Sequence record: NC_055733.1
DNA length: 64,000 nt
Strand: one strand, 5' to 3'
Position 1 is the first letter of the stretch, and every line of letters begins with the position of its first letter. The notes below the pieces were generated by a model. The model did not search any database. It worked only from the letters and a program-made list of their open reading frames with translations, and had not been told where the DNA came from. Both the position numbers and the translations under genes were made by a program. Below, one piece after another: positions 37,949 to 47,769 of this stretch.

Positions 37949-38530
37949 TTATCTACCCATTTTCAGGACTTGATGCGTTTCGATATATTTGATGTTTGAT
38001 TTCACCATTTTACCGTCTTTGTGCATATACCAATTGCCGTTTTTGTCATAAGCATAGATTAGCCCAGTCTGACCCATAAACAGCATTGCATTCGATGATG
38101 GGTTATTGGTAAACGATGTATAACTAATGATTCCACCTTGTTCCATAAATCCCTGAACAAATCCCATGAATCGAGTAACAACACGACTCGGCGGAATACC
38201 GTTTTCTTGACTCATAATCCGAAGCGGGAAATTGCGCCCAATCGCAATTTCTTTCTGCCGTTTTGCATCGGCACCTACCCAGATTTTGTCGTCTTTCAGT
38301 ATCAGATTGATCGGACTCGAATACTCATTATTGATCCAGTTATCACGGGTCAGATGATGAAACTTAGCAGTAACATCCATATCACCGATTGTCATGAAAA
38401 ACGTGGCAACTTTTGATTTCGGATCAAACTCAACAAGTCGGCAGCGTTTGCTTTTGATGATAGTATAATCACCAACGCACAACTCTCGGTATTGATCTTC
38501 TGGCTTTGCGATTTCTTCAATTACAAACAT
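37949..38530 (-). CDS. hypothetical protein (193 aa)
   Basis: SD GGAG; long ORF. Confidence 0.7.
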   Translation of the reverse strand: MFVIEEIAKPEDQYRELCVGDYTIIKSKRCRLVEFDPKSKVATFFMTIGDMDVTAKFHHLTRDNWINNEYSSPINLILKDDKIWVGADAKRQKEIAIGRNFPLRIMSQENGIPPSRVVTRFMGFVQGFMEQGGIISYTSFTNNPSSNAMLFMGQTGLIYAYDKNGNWYMHKDGKMVKSNIKYIETHQVLKMGR

Positions 38531-38575
38531 TAATCATATCTCCATGGCAAATCGAGTACATGTTCCAGACTACCG

Positions 38576-39046
38576 TTATTGGTAGAGTTGAACGGCTTCA
38601 TAATCGCCAGATTCAACAGCGATAGCATAGTGCGCCATGCCTTTGTTGTCAATCAAAATCAAACAAGGATCTGCTTCTATGATACCAATTCGCACACCCT
38701 CAACTTTAGAGCTGGTTTTATCCCATAGCAGTGTGATCCCAGTTTCGGCAACAACTTTCACTTCATCAACAAAATCGCCAACATTGATCACACTGCGATT
38801 GGTATAGAAAAGCTCACCATTTTCGATTGTATAGTCGGACATATGAATTAGATACATCGGGCGACCAATCGGATCTTTTGCATTGCGCCAGCGTCCATTT
38901 TCAAACACGAGTTCGGAATAAGCGATTTCTCCGATTGTGATCTTGATTGAGTTCGATGTTACCTCAGTCAAAACACCTTGCAGTCCTTTTACACGAACAA
39001 CATTGCCGATTTCAACTTTTTTCTTGTCTTCTGAATAACGAAACAT
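38576..39046 (-). CDS. hypothetical protein (156 aa)
   Basis: Operon packing. Confidence 0.7.
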   Translation of the reverse strand: MFRYSEDKKKVEIGNVVRVKGLQGVLTEVTSNSIKITIGEIAYSELVFENGRWRNAKDPIGRPMYLIHMSDYTIENGELFYTNRSVINVGDFVDEVKVVAETGITLLWDKTSSKVEGVRIGIIEADPCLILIDNKGMAHYAIAVESGDYEAVQLYQ

Positions 39047-39047
39047 G

Positions 39048-39605
39048 TTAACCCCGATATTGATTGACTACACAGATATGGGTATTGTTAATGAACATAC
39101 GACCTTCCGAGTCCGGTTCTACAAAGTAGAGTGTTTGTCCAGTTGCAACAATAACACGCTCTTTACCGTCTTCTGTTTTTACCACGATAGCGTTTTTCTC
39201 GCCACGACTTGGATTGAAAATGATCTCGTTTTTAGACATACCAAACGAGCCAACAGCAATTACCGTGCCCTTGTAATAGGTAGAGTCCACACAGAAGCCA
39301 ATCTCTTCGCCAGCAGCGATTGGCTGCTTTATGCCGTAATCATACAGCATACCGAGACTCATTCCATAGCGTGAGTTCATACCGCTACCAGAAACAGTGT
39401 AGCCATGATCTGAACTATGACAGGTATAACGATAGGACTTGGAACTCAGTTGATAGAATTCCATTTCTATTTTTTCACCGGTTTCGCTATCAGTCAAGTA
39501 AACTTTCTTTCCTTCGATTTTGTTGATAGTCAACAGTTGATAACGTCCGAAGCCAATAACATCACCAACAGTAAGACGTTTAGGATTAACAATTTTACAA
39601 ATCAT
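39048..39605 (-). CDS. hypothetical protein (185 aa)
   Basis: ATGA coupling to the upstream ORF. Confidence 0.7.
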   Translation of the reverse strand: MICKIVNPKRLTVGDVIGFGRYQLLTINKIEGKKVYLTDSETGEKIEMEFYQLSSKSYRYTCHSSDHGYTVSGSGMNSRYGMSLGMLYDYGIKQPIAAGEEIGFCVDSTYYKGTVIAVGSFGMSKNEIIFNPSRGEKNAIVVKTEDGKERVIVATGQTLYFVEPDSEGRMFINNTHICVVNQYRG

Positions 39606-39775
39606 TTGTTCATTCTCATTTCACGTTTAAGGCGTTCGATGCGCTGCTTAATAGCAACACCGTCAGGAGTACACACAGAAGCACCGGACGCGGTATGGAT
39701 CTGCATAGCATAAGCATTGATTTTGATCATCGGCTTGTACTTCATACGATTCATAATACGTTTCAGGTAGTTCAT
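39602..39775 (-). CDS. hypothetical protein (57 aa, MNYLKRIM...)
   Basis: SD GGAG; promoter TTGACA-N16-TATACT upstream. Confidence 0.6.
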   Translation of the reverse strand: MNYLKRIMNRMKYKPMIKINAYAMQIHTASGASVCTPDGVAIKQRIERLKREMRMNK

Positions 39776-39862
39776 GATGTTCTCCGTAGTTGATAATTGG
39801 AGTATAGCGATTGGATTCCTACTGTCAAACATTATTTCGATCAAATAGTAATCTACTCCAGA

Positions 39863-39989
39863 AAGTCGCGCCAGCGACTGCGAAGCTAACTCATTGATTA
39901 CCTTAAGGAAGACAAAATAGATTCTCATTAAAGATCTATAAGAGATTTTATTTTGTCTTTGTTCGCTACGCTCACAAGTGCTGGCGCAC
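39863..39989 (-). repeat. dispersed structured intergenic element, copy 2 (inverted relative to copy 1)
   Basis: 70-bp core identical to 23797-23866; equivalent terminal hairpins. Confidence 0.93.
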
Positions 39990-40073
39990 GTTACCAGCGA
40001 TTCTATGATCTTCTAATACGTTCATATCAGTATACCGTAGGAATCGCTGGTACGTTGATCCACAGCGTTTGGC

Positions 40074-40532
40074 TTAATACCTGAGATTGAATCGAGTCAA
40101 TACTATGTTCGAAGTCTCATGGTCCAATGTTACTTGATACCAACGTCCGCTCTCGGTACAAATATGGCTATGGCCGATTTTGCAATTCGGACTAGCCCAA
40201 CTCAGAGTATTGCTAATTCCCTGATCTGTTCTATCTGAACTCATTTTGATCAGCACATTTTTGCCGGTGTTTACTATGCATCCAGAGCTGATAAAATCTT
40301 TGTCAAACTCTTCCGGTGTGATCTCGATATCAATCATACGGATAAAGCGCATAGGAAGACGTACCACTGTGTCCTTTAGATTAACGTCAACAAAGTATTC
40401 GTTATAACGAGTCGCTTCCAAAACGCGATTGGTTAGCGAATAGTGATAGAGTTCCATCACCTGATACTTGTCAAGTGCAGGACGTGCCTTGAACTCATAG
40501 AAATCGATCATGTTGATTATTTGTACTATCAT
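40074..40532 (-). CDS. hypothetical protein (152 aa)
   Basis: SD GGAG. Confidence 0.7.
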   Translation of the reverse strand: MIVQIINMIDFYEFKARPALDKYQVMELYHYSLTNRVLEATRYNEYFVDVNLKDTVVRLPMRFIRMIDIEITPEEFDKDFISSGCIVNTGKNVLIKMSSDRTDQGISNTLSWASPNCKIGHSHICTESGRWYQVTLDHETSNIVLTRFNLRY

Positions 40533-40547
40533 TTATTTCTCCAATGA

Positions 40548-40567
40548 AAAAGGGCCCGAAGGCCCTT
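40548..40567 (-). terminator. UUCG terminator
   Basis: aagggcc-ttcg-ggccc-ttttt. Confidence 0.8.
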
Positions 40568-40570
40568 GTT

Positions 40571-40789
40571 TTAAATTTCACTCAAATGCATACCGTGAAT
40601 CGCATCAACTTTAGTGCCGTCTTGCAACACGATATCAAAATAGTTATCAGCACAAGCACAAATGATGGTTACATGTTCACCGTACACTTGCGCTTTCAAC
40701 AGTTTACCGAACACTTCATCGCCGTAAGCGAATTCCCACTCAGATGAATCCACTTGGTCCAGTTTAACGATTTTTGCTTTGGCTTGCAT
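40571..40789 (-). CDS. hypothetical protein (72 aa)
   Basis: Own promoter cassette and SD GAGG. Confidence 0.7.
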   Translation of the reverse strand: MQAKAKIVKLDQVDSSEWEFAYGDEVFGKLLKAQVYGEHVTIICACADNYFDIVLQDGTKVDAIHGMHLSEI

Positions 40790-40843
40790 GATATTTTCCT
40801 CAGTTGTTTGGCTTCAATGAGGATATAATAACAGGACCAAAAA

Positions 40844-41197
40844 TCAGTGCAAGCACTTTTTCAGAAAGTGATGATGTTTTTGCTTGTTGAAAGTATAGCC
40901 AAACTCAGGACGAGCCACGATGCCTTCAAACAGCGCGGGTTTCTTTGCTACCACAACAACATCATAGCCAATCAGTTCGCGCTCGGCATTGATATTCGGG
41001 ACCTTGATTTCACGTTCCACAAATTGATGAACAACAACACCATGAATAGTCTGAAACAAAGAACCAGTAACAGTTTTCTTGATCATCGCTGGGATAGTGA
41101 AAATCTCTTTGATCCGAATACCTTCGATGTGACCATTAGCGATCATTTGTTGATAGACGGCCAGTGATGCTTTCATATCTTGAATCTTGATAAACAT
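40844..41197 (-). CDS. hypothetical protein (117 aa)
   Basis: SD AAGG. Confidence 0.65.
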   Translation of the reverse strand: MFIKIQDMKASLAVYQQMIANGHIEGIRIKEIFTIPAMIKKTVTGSLFQTIHGVVVHQFVEREIKVPNINAERELIGYDVVVVAKKPALFEGIVARPEFGYTFNKQKHHHFLKKCLH

Positions 41198-41215
41198 AAT
41201 ATTTTCCTTAAACAA

Positions 41216-41521
41216 TCAGTTGCGATAAAGTTCGGATTTGATGTCGTTCATAACTTGATTCTTGACATCCTCGTTGATATTGAACTCGATTTCTTGAATC
41301 AGTTCAATAAATTTAGACGGGATATCTTCAAACATGATACAGTTCAGCTCAAAGCTATAGCCGTTTTCTGTCTCTTCGATTTCAAACTCGGTCTGTTGTT
41401 CAGCGTGATAGAAGAACACATGGAGACCGTGAATGCCAACAAGTTCATAGAGGTAATCACTTTCATCAGACGAAACATATGCCTCGATGTTAATACCGAA
41501 ATCTTTGATACGCGCTTTCAT
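41216..41521 (-). CDS. acidic hypothetical protein (101 aa)
   Basis: TAATG coupling. Confidence 0.65.
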   Translation of the reverse strand: MKARIKDFGINIEAYVSSDESDYLYELVGIHGLHVFFYHAEQQTEFEIEETENGYSFELNCIMFEDIPSKFIELIQEIEFNINEDVKNQVMNDIKSELYRN

Positions 41522-41904
41522 TATCGACCTTCTTTGCAAGAAATGAAACCGTATATGCCGAGTTTAGAACCCCGGGACATTGCATCTTGCCAGTTGCTTA
41601 CATGACCACGAACATACTTTGAAGCAGCTTTCCAACCGTTAGCTTTCAGAATGTCACCGGTTTCCATGTTCACAAACCAGACAACGCTACGAGTAGATTG
41701 ATTTGCATAGTCAGCACGGAAGATTCTTGCATTCTTTTTGCCGAATTCAACACCGTAAACATAACGAGAGATATTACCGTCTACCAGACGCTGGGCATGG
41801 TCTTGCTCATAACGCTTGTAGAAGTCCGGAACACTGATATTAAAATAAACGTGATTTGAAAACTCGTTCATTTCTTTTACCATTTGCTCGATTGCTGCTT
41901 TCAT
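41521..41904 (-). CDS. hypothetical protein (127 aa, GDILKANGWKA motif)
   Basis: Promoter/stem-loop cassette and SD GAGG. Confidence 0.7.
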   Translation of the reverse strand: MKAAIEQMVKEMNEFSNHVYFNISVPDFYKRYEQDHAQRLVDGNISRYVYGVEFGKKNARIFRADYANQSTRSVVWFVNMETGDILKANGWKAASKYVRGHVSNWQDAMSRGSKLGIYGFISCKEGR

Positions 41905-41983
41905 GATGTTTTCCTCAGAGTTTGTTTTGTTTCGATGTGGACATATTATCATGTCCACACCTAGCGTCAACTACTTTTTCAAT

Positions 41984-42556
41984 TTATTTTTCGATGCCAG
42001 TGGTATCATAATTGTGATCTAGTGTGTTGAAAAACGCTTTTGTCATTTCTCGCATTTCCTCGTTATGCAGAGGACAATCACGATTGATACGCTTGAAAAT
42101 TTCACCGGCTCGATTCTCTGGACAAGTACAATGCGGCAGATTGTGTTTGTGGAAAGACGAATCGATATCAAAACCCCAGAGAGATTGCAATTCGTATTCG
42201 ATATCCCGAATCCAGCCAAGATGTTCGGCAATTCGTTGTTTTTGTACTAATTGACCAACGGTACCAACATTGTAAAGTTTCTCGTTTTTAAGTTGCTTTA
42301 CATGGATATCCCGATAGTGTTGTAATTGATCGATTTTGAGAATCGTTTCATCCGAAAGACCCCGAGAGATAGCCAGATCCAGATTGACGGTAGTATGACG
42401 CTGTTTGATAGCGAGTTCCCATTTCTCTACCATGAATGCAATAATCTTTTGCGCATTCACTCGATCTTTCGCTTCAAACGCGCCGAGAAGTTTCAGCGCG
42501 TCTTTTTGTGCAAGTTTAATGCGGAGTTTATCCGCATCAGTTATCAGTTTTTTCAT
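41984..42556 (-). CDS. hypothetical protein with HCTC...CPLH motif (190 aa)
   Basis: SD GGAG; putative Zn-binding residues. Confidence 0.68.
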   Translation of the reverse strand: MKKLITDADKLRIKLAQKDALKLLGAFEAKDRVNAQKIIAFMVEKWELAIKQRHTTVNLDLAISRGLSDETILKIDQLQHYRDIHVKQLKNEKLYNVGTVGQLVQKQRIAEHLGWIRDIEYELQSLWGFDIDSSFHKHNLPHCTCPENRAGEIFKRINRDCPLHNEEMREMTKAFFNTLDHNYDTTGIEK

Positions 42557-42779
42557 TGACAAACTCCATAAATTCTTTTTCGTACCCGCGATTGATAGCG
42601 AATGATACCACATCTTCACCGCCAGCTACCATATGACGACGCACGGATTCTAAGAAGTAATCAAACTCACTGAATCCATGAGAACTTTGCATTTTCAGAT
42701 GCCAGTTGATCTTTTGATCCAACTCTTTCAAATTGATTGTATGATGTTTCCAGTGAAAAACTCGACTTTGATTTTTCAT
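42537..42779 (-). CDS. hypothetical protein (80 aa)
   Basis: SD GGAG. Confidence 0.6.
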   Translation of the reverse strand: MKNQSRVFHWKHHTINLKELDQKINWHLKMQSSHGFSEFDYFLESVRRHMVAGGEDVVSFAINRGYEKEFMEFVNEKTDN

Positions 42780-42833
42780 AATGACTCCGCTTTGTTTCTG
42801 GGACCAATATAACATGATCCCAGATAGAGTCAA

Positions 42834-43715
42834 TCACTTTTTACCAACATACCAAGCGAATACGCTATGAAATGCGGAGCTTGCACTCTTACCACCGCGA
42901 GCTTCATACTCGGCAATAAACTTCACGCGATCCCGAATCCCTTCTTCCCACAGCGCGTTAGCAAGTTTAGACGGACGGTGACGAACAATTTCACCACTCG
43001 GAGCAACATAACGCTTTTTACCGTCTCCAGTATCAACAACTTGAGCAGCTACTTTCTTACCAACAACTTTAGCAGGAACTTTGATTTCGACTTTGTTTTG
43101 CTTGACTTCTACCTTCTGATTAACAACAGTAACAGTAGGAGCAGCTTCACCCTTACGAGTCGGCACATAAGTCAGCATGGATTTATCTTGCGGACCAACA
43201 TAGTCGAACGGCTTGATTGGGTGATTACCTTTCCGAGTACGATAAACATGACCTTTCTGGATGTTATCGTGAATTTTTTTAGTAACAACAACTTTTTGAC
43301 CAGCAACACCGTAAATGTGCTGATTAACAGGAACTTCCAGATCATGGTAAGTGTTACCGCTGCCGCCCAACATTTTGTGAATGTATTTCCAACGAGCGTC
43401 GTGTCCGCTTTTGCCGCGTTGTACATAATCAACAATGTGAGCAACTTCGTGGCTTACGGTTTCGTCAAGCAGATGCCACCAAGCTTTCTCGCTCATGATC
43501 ATCATGTTAACGTTGAAATTCAGTTCATACTTGCGGTTGAAGCTGTAGCCTTGCATCATTGCGCGACCAGCAGAACGAGCGCGGAGAGTGAACTTTACTG
43601 CCAAATTCTTACCAATCACGAGGTCAACACCGAACAGATCGTTGGCTTTTTTAACTTCGATTTCTACCCGGGCTTTGAGTGCTGCGATTGCTTGATCTTT
43701 CAGATTCAAAGTCAT
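42834..43715 (-). CDS. SprT-like zinc metalloprotease with C-terminal extension
   Basis: AGRA, TVSHEVAH and GHDARWK SprT signature. Confidence 0.85.
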   Translation of the reverse strand: MTLNLKDQAIAALKARVEIEVKKANDLFGVDLVIGKNLAVKFTLRARSAGRAMMQGYSFNRKYELNFNVNMMIMSEKAWWHLLDETVSHEVAHIVDYVQRGKSGHDARWKYIHKMLGGSGNTYHDLEVPVNQHIYGVAGQKVVVTKKIHDNIQKGHVYRTRKGNHPIKPFDYVGPQDKSMLTYVPTRKGEAAPTVTVVNQKVEVKQNKVEIKVPAKVVGKKVAAQVVDTGDGKKRYVAPSGEIVRHRPSKLANALWEEGIRDRVKFIAEYEARGGKSASSAFHSVFAWYVGKK

Positions 43716-43802
43716 GATGTTTTCCTCAGTTGAATTCGTTGATTGGCTTCAATGAGGACATAATATCAGGTAGATCCCAAACGTCAACAACTTTTTGGAA
43801 AT

Positions 43803-43824
43803 AAAAATCCGCCCGAAGGCGGAT
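43803..43824 (-). terminator. UUCG terminator (same stem as 32581-32604)
   Basis: atccgcc-ttcg-ggcggat-tttt. Confidence 0.85.
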
Positions 43825-43826
43825 CA

Positions 43827-44135
43827 TCATTTCTTTGTTGCTAGTTTCAGCAAATGTCTGAGTTGGGCGCTATCAATGTTGGTTTTGATTTGTTCAGCCA
43901 GATCCGCTGGATTTGCATCCGGTAGCGCATCAGCATACGCTTGATAAACATCATCAGCACTATCAAAACCACGATATCGCTTGATCCGACTTTTTGTGAT
44001 CGATTGCACCACAAATGATTCAAACTTATCACGATAGATACCACACCGAACGATGTTTCTATCCAAGAACAAAGCGACATTCATCAGAACATAGAAGAAA
44101 CAGAACGAAACAATATTTTTGATCTTGATTAACAT
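43827..44135 (-). CDS. hypothetical membrane protein (102 aa)
   Basis: SD AGGAG; N-terminal hydrophobic segment. Confidence 0.65.
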   Translation of the reverse strand: MLIKIKNIVSFCFFYVLMNVALFLDRNIVRCGIYRDKFESFVVQSITKSRIKRYRGFDSADDVYQAYADALPDANPADLAEQIKTNIDSAQLRHLLKLATKK

Positions 44136-44175
44136 ATTTCTCCTTAAAAGAAAAGAGGCTTTCGCCCTCTCTTGA

Positions 44176-45120
44176 TTACTGCATTTGTTTCAGGAACAGC
44201 GGAGCTTGACCGTTGCCCATCATAGTGAAGTTTGCAGGTACTTGACCGTTCCAACCGGTACCAGCTTTCTTCATTTCAACTTCTAGACGCTTCAACTCGA
44301 TGATCTGAGGAGTCAGAGAAGATGCCAATTTGGCGTTACCAATCGCGGTTTGTTCAGCCATGTAACGATCTGCATCTGCTTTCTGTTTTACACCGTCAGC
44401 ATAAGCTTTGGCTTGAACGAAAGTTTGGTAAGCAGCGGCTTCATACTTCGCTTTATCTGCGGCAGCTTGACCCTTAGCAGTTGCTTCGGTAGTCTGTGCA
44501 GCAGTGGTAGCGATTCGCAACTGGGATTTCTCAGCTTCTTCCTTCTGGATTCGATCTTGAGTTTGCAGAATTTGATTCTGAATTCGCGGATCGAAAGTTA
44601 CATCTTGTACCAGAACTTCTTGCAGAGTGATACCAGTGCCGGTCAGTGCTTCTTGCAGACGACGCTTGGTATTCTCTTGCATCGCGGTTACATTGAAGCT
44701 ATCAGCCAGACCACGGGAGTCAGCAATTTTACGGCCTTCGTCTTTGATAATGCTAGTCAGGAACTGAGACATTGCCTTATCAACAAACATTTCCATAGTA
44801 CCGTAGTTCTTTTTGATGAACGGGGTCTTGGAGTTGTCTACACGATACAACACGGTAACGTTGGCGGTACTGTTGAAACGGTCTTTAGTCGGGATCAGCA
44901 AGTTTTCTTTAACAAACTTGTTGTTCCGGGTATCGAAAGTATCAAATCCCATAAACGGGTTTACAAAGTGCAGACCTTCTTCCAGCGGACGATCTTGAAC
45001 TTCGCCCATCAGAGTACCGACTTTGGTAGTACCGGCGTCAACGATAGTAAAGCAGTTGGAACCGATAACGATAGCTACCAGAGCAGCAACACCAGTAATA
45101 CCCATTTTGAATTGATTCAT
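44176..45120 (-). CDS. SPFH / band 7 (prohibitin-like) membrane protein
   Basis: N-terminal TM, LEEGLHFVNPF, LQEVLVQDVTF and C-terminal coiled coil. Confidence 0.88.
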   Translation of the reverse strand: MNQFKMGITGVAALVAIVIGSNCFTIVDAGTTKVGTLMGEVQDRPLEEGLHFVNPFMGFDTFDTRNNKFVKENLLIPTKDRFNSTANVTVLYRVDNSKTPFIKKNYGTMEMFVDKAMSQFLTSIIKDEGRKIADSRGLADSFNVTAMQENTKRRLQEALTGTGITLQEVLVQDVTFDPRIQNQILQTQDRIQKEEAEKSQLRIATTAAQTTEATAKGQAAADKAKYEAAAYQTFVQAKAYADGVKQKADADRYMAEQTAIGNAKLASSLTPQIIELKRLEVEMKKAGTGWNGQVPANFTMMGNGQAPLFLKQMQ

Positions 45121-45465
45121 TTAAACATTCCTTTTATATTCTCCCATAACATCCAGATAGTTTTCGATGTTAAAAGCTGGGAGAGAGCAGCTTAGATTAG
45201 AACCACAGAAGTGATTCACCAGTTGATCGATAACATTGTCATTAAGACGGAAGTTATCAGCTTCATAAGTTTCCCAGGCATCACGTATCATTTGTTCGGT
45301 GACTGAGAAACAGAAATTGTTAACACCATACACTTTGATTTCAATCTCTTTACCGTCAAACAGAGCAATCAGATTTTGCACATTCGGGCTGGTAACCATG
45401 TTTGCGCGAGTTGCATTGTAGATACCACGAGCATTGATTTTAGCTTTTACAGTAACAAAGTGCAT
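45121..45465 (-). CDS. hypothetical protein (114 aa)
   Basis: Promoter cassette and SD GAGG. Confidence 0.7.
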   Translation of the reverse strand: MHFVTVKAKINARGIYNATRANMVTSPNVQNLIALFDGKEIEIKVYGVNNFCFSVTEQMIRDAWETYEADNFRLNDNVIDQLVNHFCGSNLSCSLPAFNIENYLDVMGEYKRNV

Positions 45466-45484
45466 AATGTATTCCTCATTCGTT

Positions 45485-45534
45485 ATTTGATAGAGCCATT
45501 ATCGCATGGCTCTTAGCGGTAGTCAACAACTTTT
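45485..45534 (-). repeat. 50-bp promoter/stem-loop cassette, copy 1
   Basis: Identical to 45844-45893; contains TTGACT -35 and an 8-bp stem agagccat/atggctct over the -10. Confidence 0.9.
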
Positions 45535-45821
45535 TATTCGGCTTTACAAATCATTTTGAGTTGCATAACCTTTTCAGAATCACCAGCACCAGACAACCAA
45601 GCGGTGTGATCCCATTGCTCAGTGATAGAAGCGTTGGTAAACATCTTAGAACGAGACAGGTCGCGCTCGATTGCTTGCAGTGTGCCAACGTAGTCGGAAG
45701 TAACAACAATCATGTTATTGCCTTCACATTTACCATCGAAGTTAACGATGATTTGCACATTACGAACAGAGTATTTGCGAGTTGCGAACAGTGCTTTGAA
45801 TTCAGCGGCTACGTTTTTCAT
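45534..45821 (-). CDS. hypothetical protein (95 aa)
   Basis: Flanked by the two identical cassettes; SD GAGG. Confidence 0.7.
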   Translation of the reverse strand: MKNVAAEFKALFATRKYSVRNVQIIVNFDGKCEGNNMIVVTSDYVGTLQAIERDLSRSKMFTNASITEQWDHTAWLSGAGDSEKVMQLKMICKAE

Positions 45822-45843
45822 GATGTATTCCTCAGTTGTCTTG

Positions 45844-45893
45844 ATTTGATAGAGCCATTATCGCATGGCTCTTAGCGGTAGTCAACAACTTTT
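45844..45893 (-). repeat. 50-bp promoter/stem-loop cassette, copy 2
   Basis: Identical to 45485-45534. Confidence 0.9.
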
Positions 45894-45896
45894 AAA

Positions 45897-46310
45897 TCAA
45901 TCTTCGTAATAATCGTCCATTTCGAGTGGGTAATCCATTCCCCAATCCCATGAGATATTGGATTCAAACTTGATGCCGGTTTGTTTGCACAGTTCACAGT
46001 AACGATCTGCGGTACGCTTGTTGTAGAATGCGCGATGTTTGTTGTACCCGTTCTGGCGTTCTACGTTACAATCCAACAGACTGAAACTATTCAATGCCCG
46101 CAGAGTATCTTGGATTGCTTGAATTTCGCCGTTGCTGTATACCATACGACACGGAACAAACAGAGAATCGGATTTTGAGCCATCAACATAAGTATGGCGC
46201 TCGGGACGACCGGTAATCAGATATTTGGTAACAAAAGAGTTTTCGCCAAGTGCGCTTACATAATAAACAGTCTTACCAGCTTTCAGATTCTTAACAGTTA
46301 CCTTTTTCAT
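45897..46310 (-). CDS. hypothetical protein (137 aa)
   Basis: SD GAGG. Confidence 0.7.
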   Translation of the reverse strand: MKKVTVKNLKAGKTVYYVSALGENSFVTKYLITGRPERHTYVDGSKSDSLFVPCRMVYSNGEIQAIQDTLRALNSFSLLDCNVERQNGYNKHRAFYNKRTADRYCELCKQTGIKFESNISWDWGMDYPLEMDDYYED

Positions 46311-46313
46311 GAT

Positions 46314-46589
46314 TTATTCCTCATAGTTTTTGATTGATTTGATAATGCTTTCTATGAATTCCAGATCCGTGTCTTCGAAGATAGTTGGCTCCATGTTATC
46401 AGTAACGTCATTGTAATAATGAACAGTATAACCGAAAACTTTGGTATAAACAACTAACATTTTCGAAACCGGCATTCTGATATAAACAGAGTTGCTAGGA
46501 AACGCTATCGATTTGTAACCATTGTATCCCAACGATTTAAAGAAAGCAACCAGTTTTTCGCATTTTCTTTCTTTAATGAACTCAAACAT
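46314..46589 (-). CDS. hypothetical protein (91 aa)
   Basis: Promoter cassette and SD GAGG. Confidence 0.65.
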   Translation of the reverse strand: MFEFIKERKCEKLVAFFKSLGYNGYKSIAFPSNSVYIRMPVSKMLVVYTKVFGYTVHYYNDVTDNMEPTIFEDTDLEFIESIIKSIKNYEE

Positions 46590-46656
46590 GATTGGTTCCT
46601 CTCGTATTGATTGTGGCTATAATAACAGGTATAGTCACACTCGCAAGCACTTTCAA

Positions 46657-46887
46657 TTAATCCAAATAAATTTTTGGACCGTAGTGTTCGAATCCCTCGG
46701 TAATCAAGAATTCACATTCTTGTCCTTCTCGCAATTCGTCATGGACATAGGTACCAATCCATGACCACTGGCCAGTTTCACTTCGTACCGGCTTTGTTTT
46801 GCACACAAATCGAAACACAGAAAATCCGCAGCATTCAACAAACGGAGTACCGACTTCCAGTTTCTTTACATTATCCAGACTACTCAC
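46657..46887 (-). CDS. hypothetical protein (76 aa)
   Basis: Overlap coupling with the upstream ORF. Confidence 0.6.
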   Translation of the reverse strand: MSSLDNVKKLEVGTPFVECCGFSVFRFVCKTKPVRSETGQWSWIGTYVHDELREGQECEFLITEGFEHYGPKIYLD

Positions 46888-47119
46888 CTAAAAACCCCTT
46901 CTTGTCCAATACTTTACAAGCTTTACGGACGGCTTCAACGTTTTCCGAAATGATTTCATCGTGTCCGTACACCGCAACATGACGCATCACACGGTCCATG
47001 CAGCCGGGCAGATTGTTGTTCCAAATCGCGGATACCGGATCTACCAACGGACGATCTTTCAAGAAAGTCGCCAGCATGATTTTGTTAACGTGATCTTTAG
47101 TTTCTTGCCAATAACTCAT
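46880..47119 (-). CDS. hypothetical protein (79 aa)
   Basis: Promoter cassette and SD GGAG. Confidence 0.65.
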   Translation of the reverse strand: MSYWQETKDHVNKIMLATFLKDRPLVDPVSAIWNNNLPGCMDRVMRHVAVYGHDEIISENVEAVRKACKVLDKKGFLGE

Positions 47120-47185
47120 TGCCAATCTCCTTGTTTCAATGTGGATATATTAACAGGTTGATTCCAGTTTGCAAGCACTAAAACG

Positions 47186-47210
47186 AAAAAAGCACCCGAA
47201 GGTGCCTTTT
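47186..47210 (-). terminator. UUCG terminator
   Basis: gcacc-ttcg-ggtgc-tttttt. Confidence 0.8.
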
Positions 47211-47769
47211 ATTTTACGAATACAACATCAGTCAAGCTTTCGCCCAACACGGTTTCAGCTTCTTCAATCCAATCAGCGGATTCAACGCTTTCATAAAAAT
47301 CATCCACGCTTTCGAAAATAGCTTGTTTCTGTCCCATTTCCGTGCGCTTCTTAGACTGAAATCCACCTGTTCCCTTAGGATAAACAGTAGCGATCTCTAT
47401 CTGACGATTGCGAACACGCCCAGCGACGCTGATATCCATGCTCTTAGAATGAAACATGAATTGACCGTTTCGAATTTTTTCATCTTCAACATAATGAGCA
47501 ATCTTCCGATAAAATGCTTTCCAGTCTTCTGGTGTAACATCATTTCGGCGTTGTGCTGCACGTGCCTGCGCATGAATCGAACTCATGAAATCATAGACCC
47601 CAACTTTCATCTTGGTAGCCAATTTAGATCTCTTTGAGAGTTCGAACTCCTGTTCTTTAGTCAATTCAACAACTTGATTTTTGCTATAAACAGGCTTCTT
47701 TTGATCCTTTTCTAGTTGTTCCTCGCCGGGCATATGAGACTCGGCTAGAAAATCAGCCAGTGATTTCAT
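47209..47769 (-). CDS. putative internal head protein (capsid-targeting-like N-terminus)
   Basis: MKSLADFLAE|S resembles T4 IP MKTYQEFIAE; late-promoter-like motif upstream. Confidence 0.55.
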   Translation of the reverse strand: MKSLADFLAESHMPGEEQLEKDQKKPVYSKNQVVELTKEQEFELSKRSKLATKMKVGVYDFMSSIHAQARAAQRRNDVTPEDWKAFYRKIAHYVEDEKIRNGQFMFHSKSMDISVAGRVRNRQIEIATVYPKGTGGFQSKKRTEMGQKQAIFESVDDFYESVESADWIEEAETVLGESLTDVVFVK

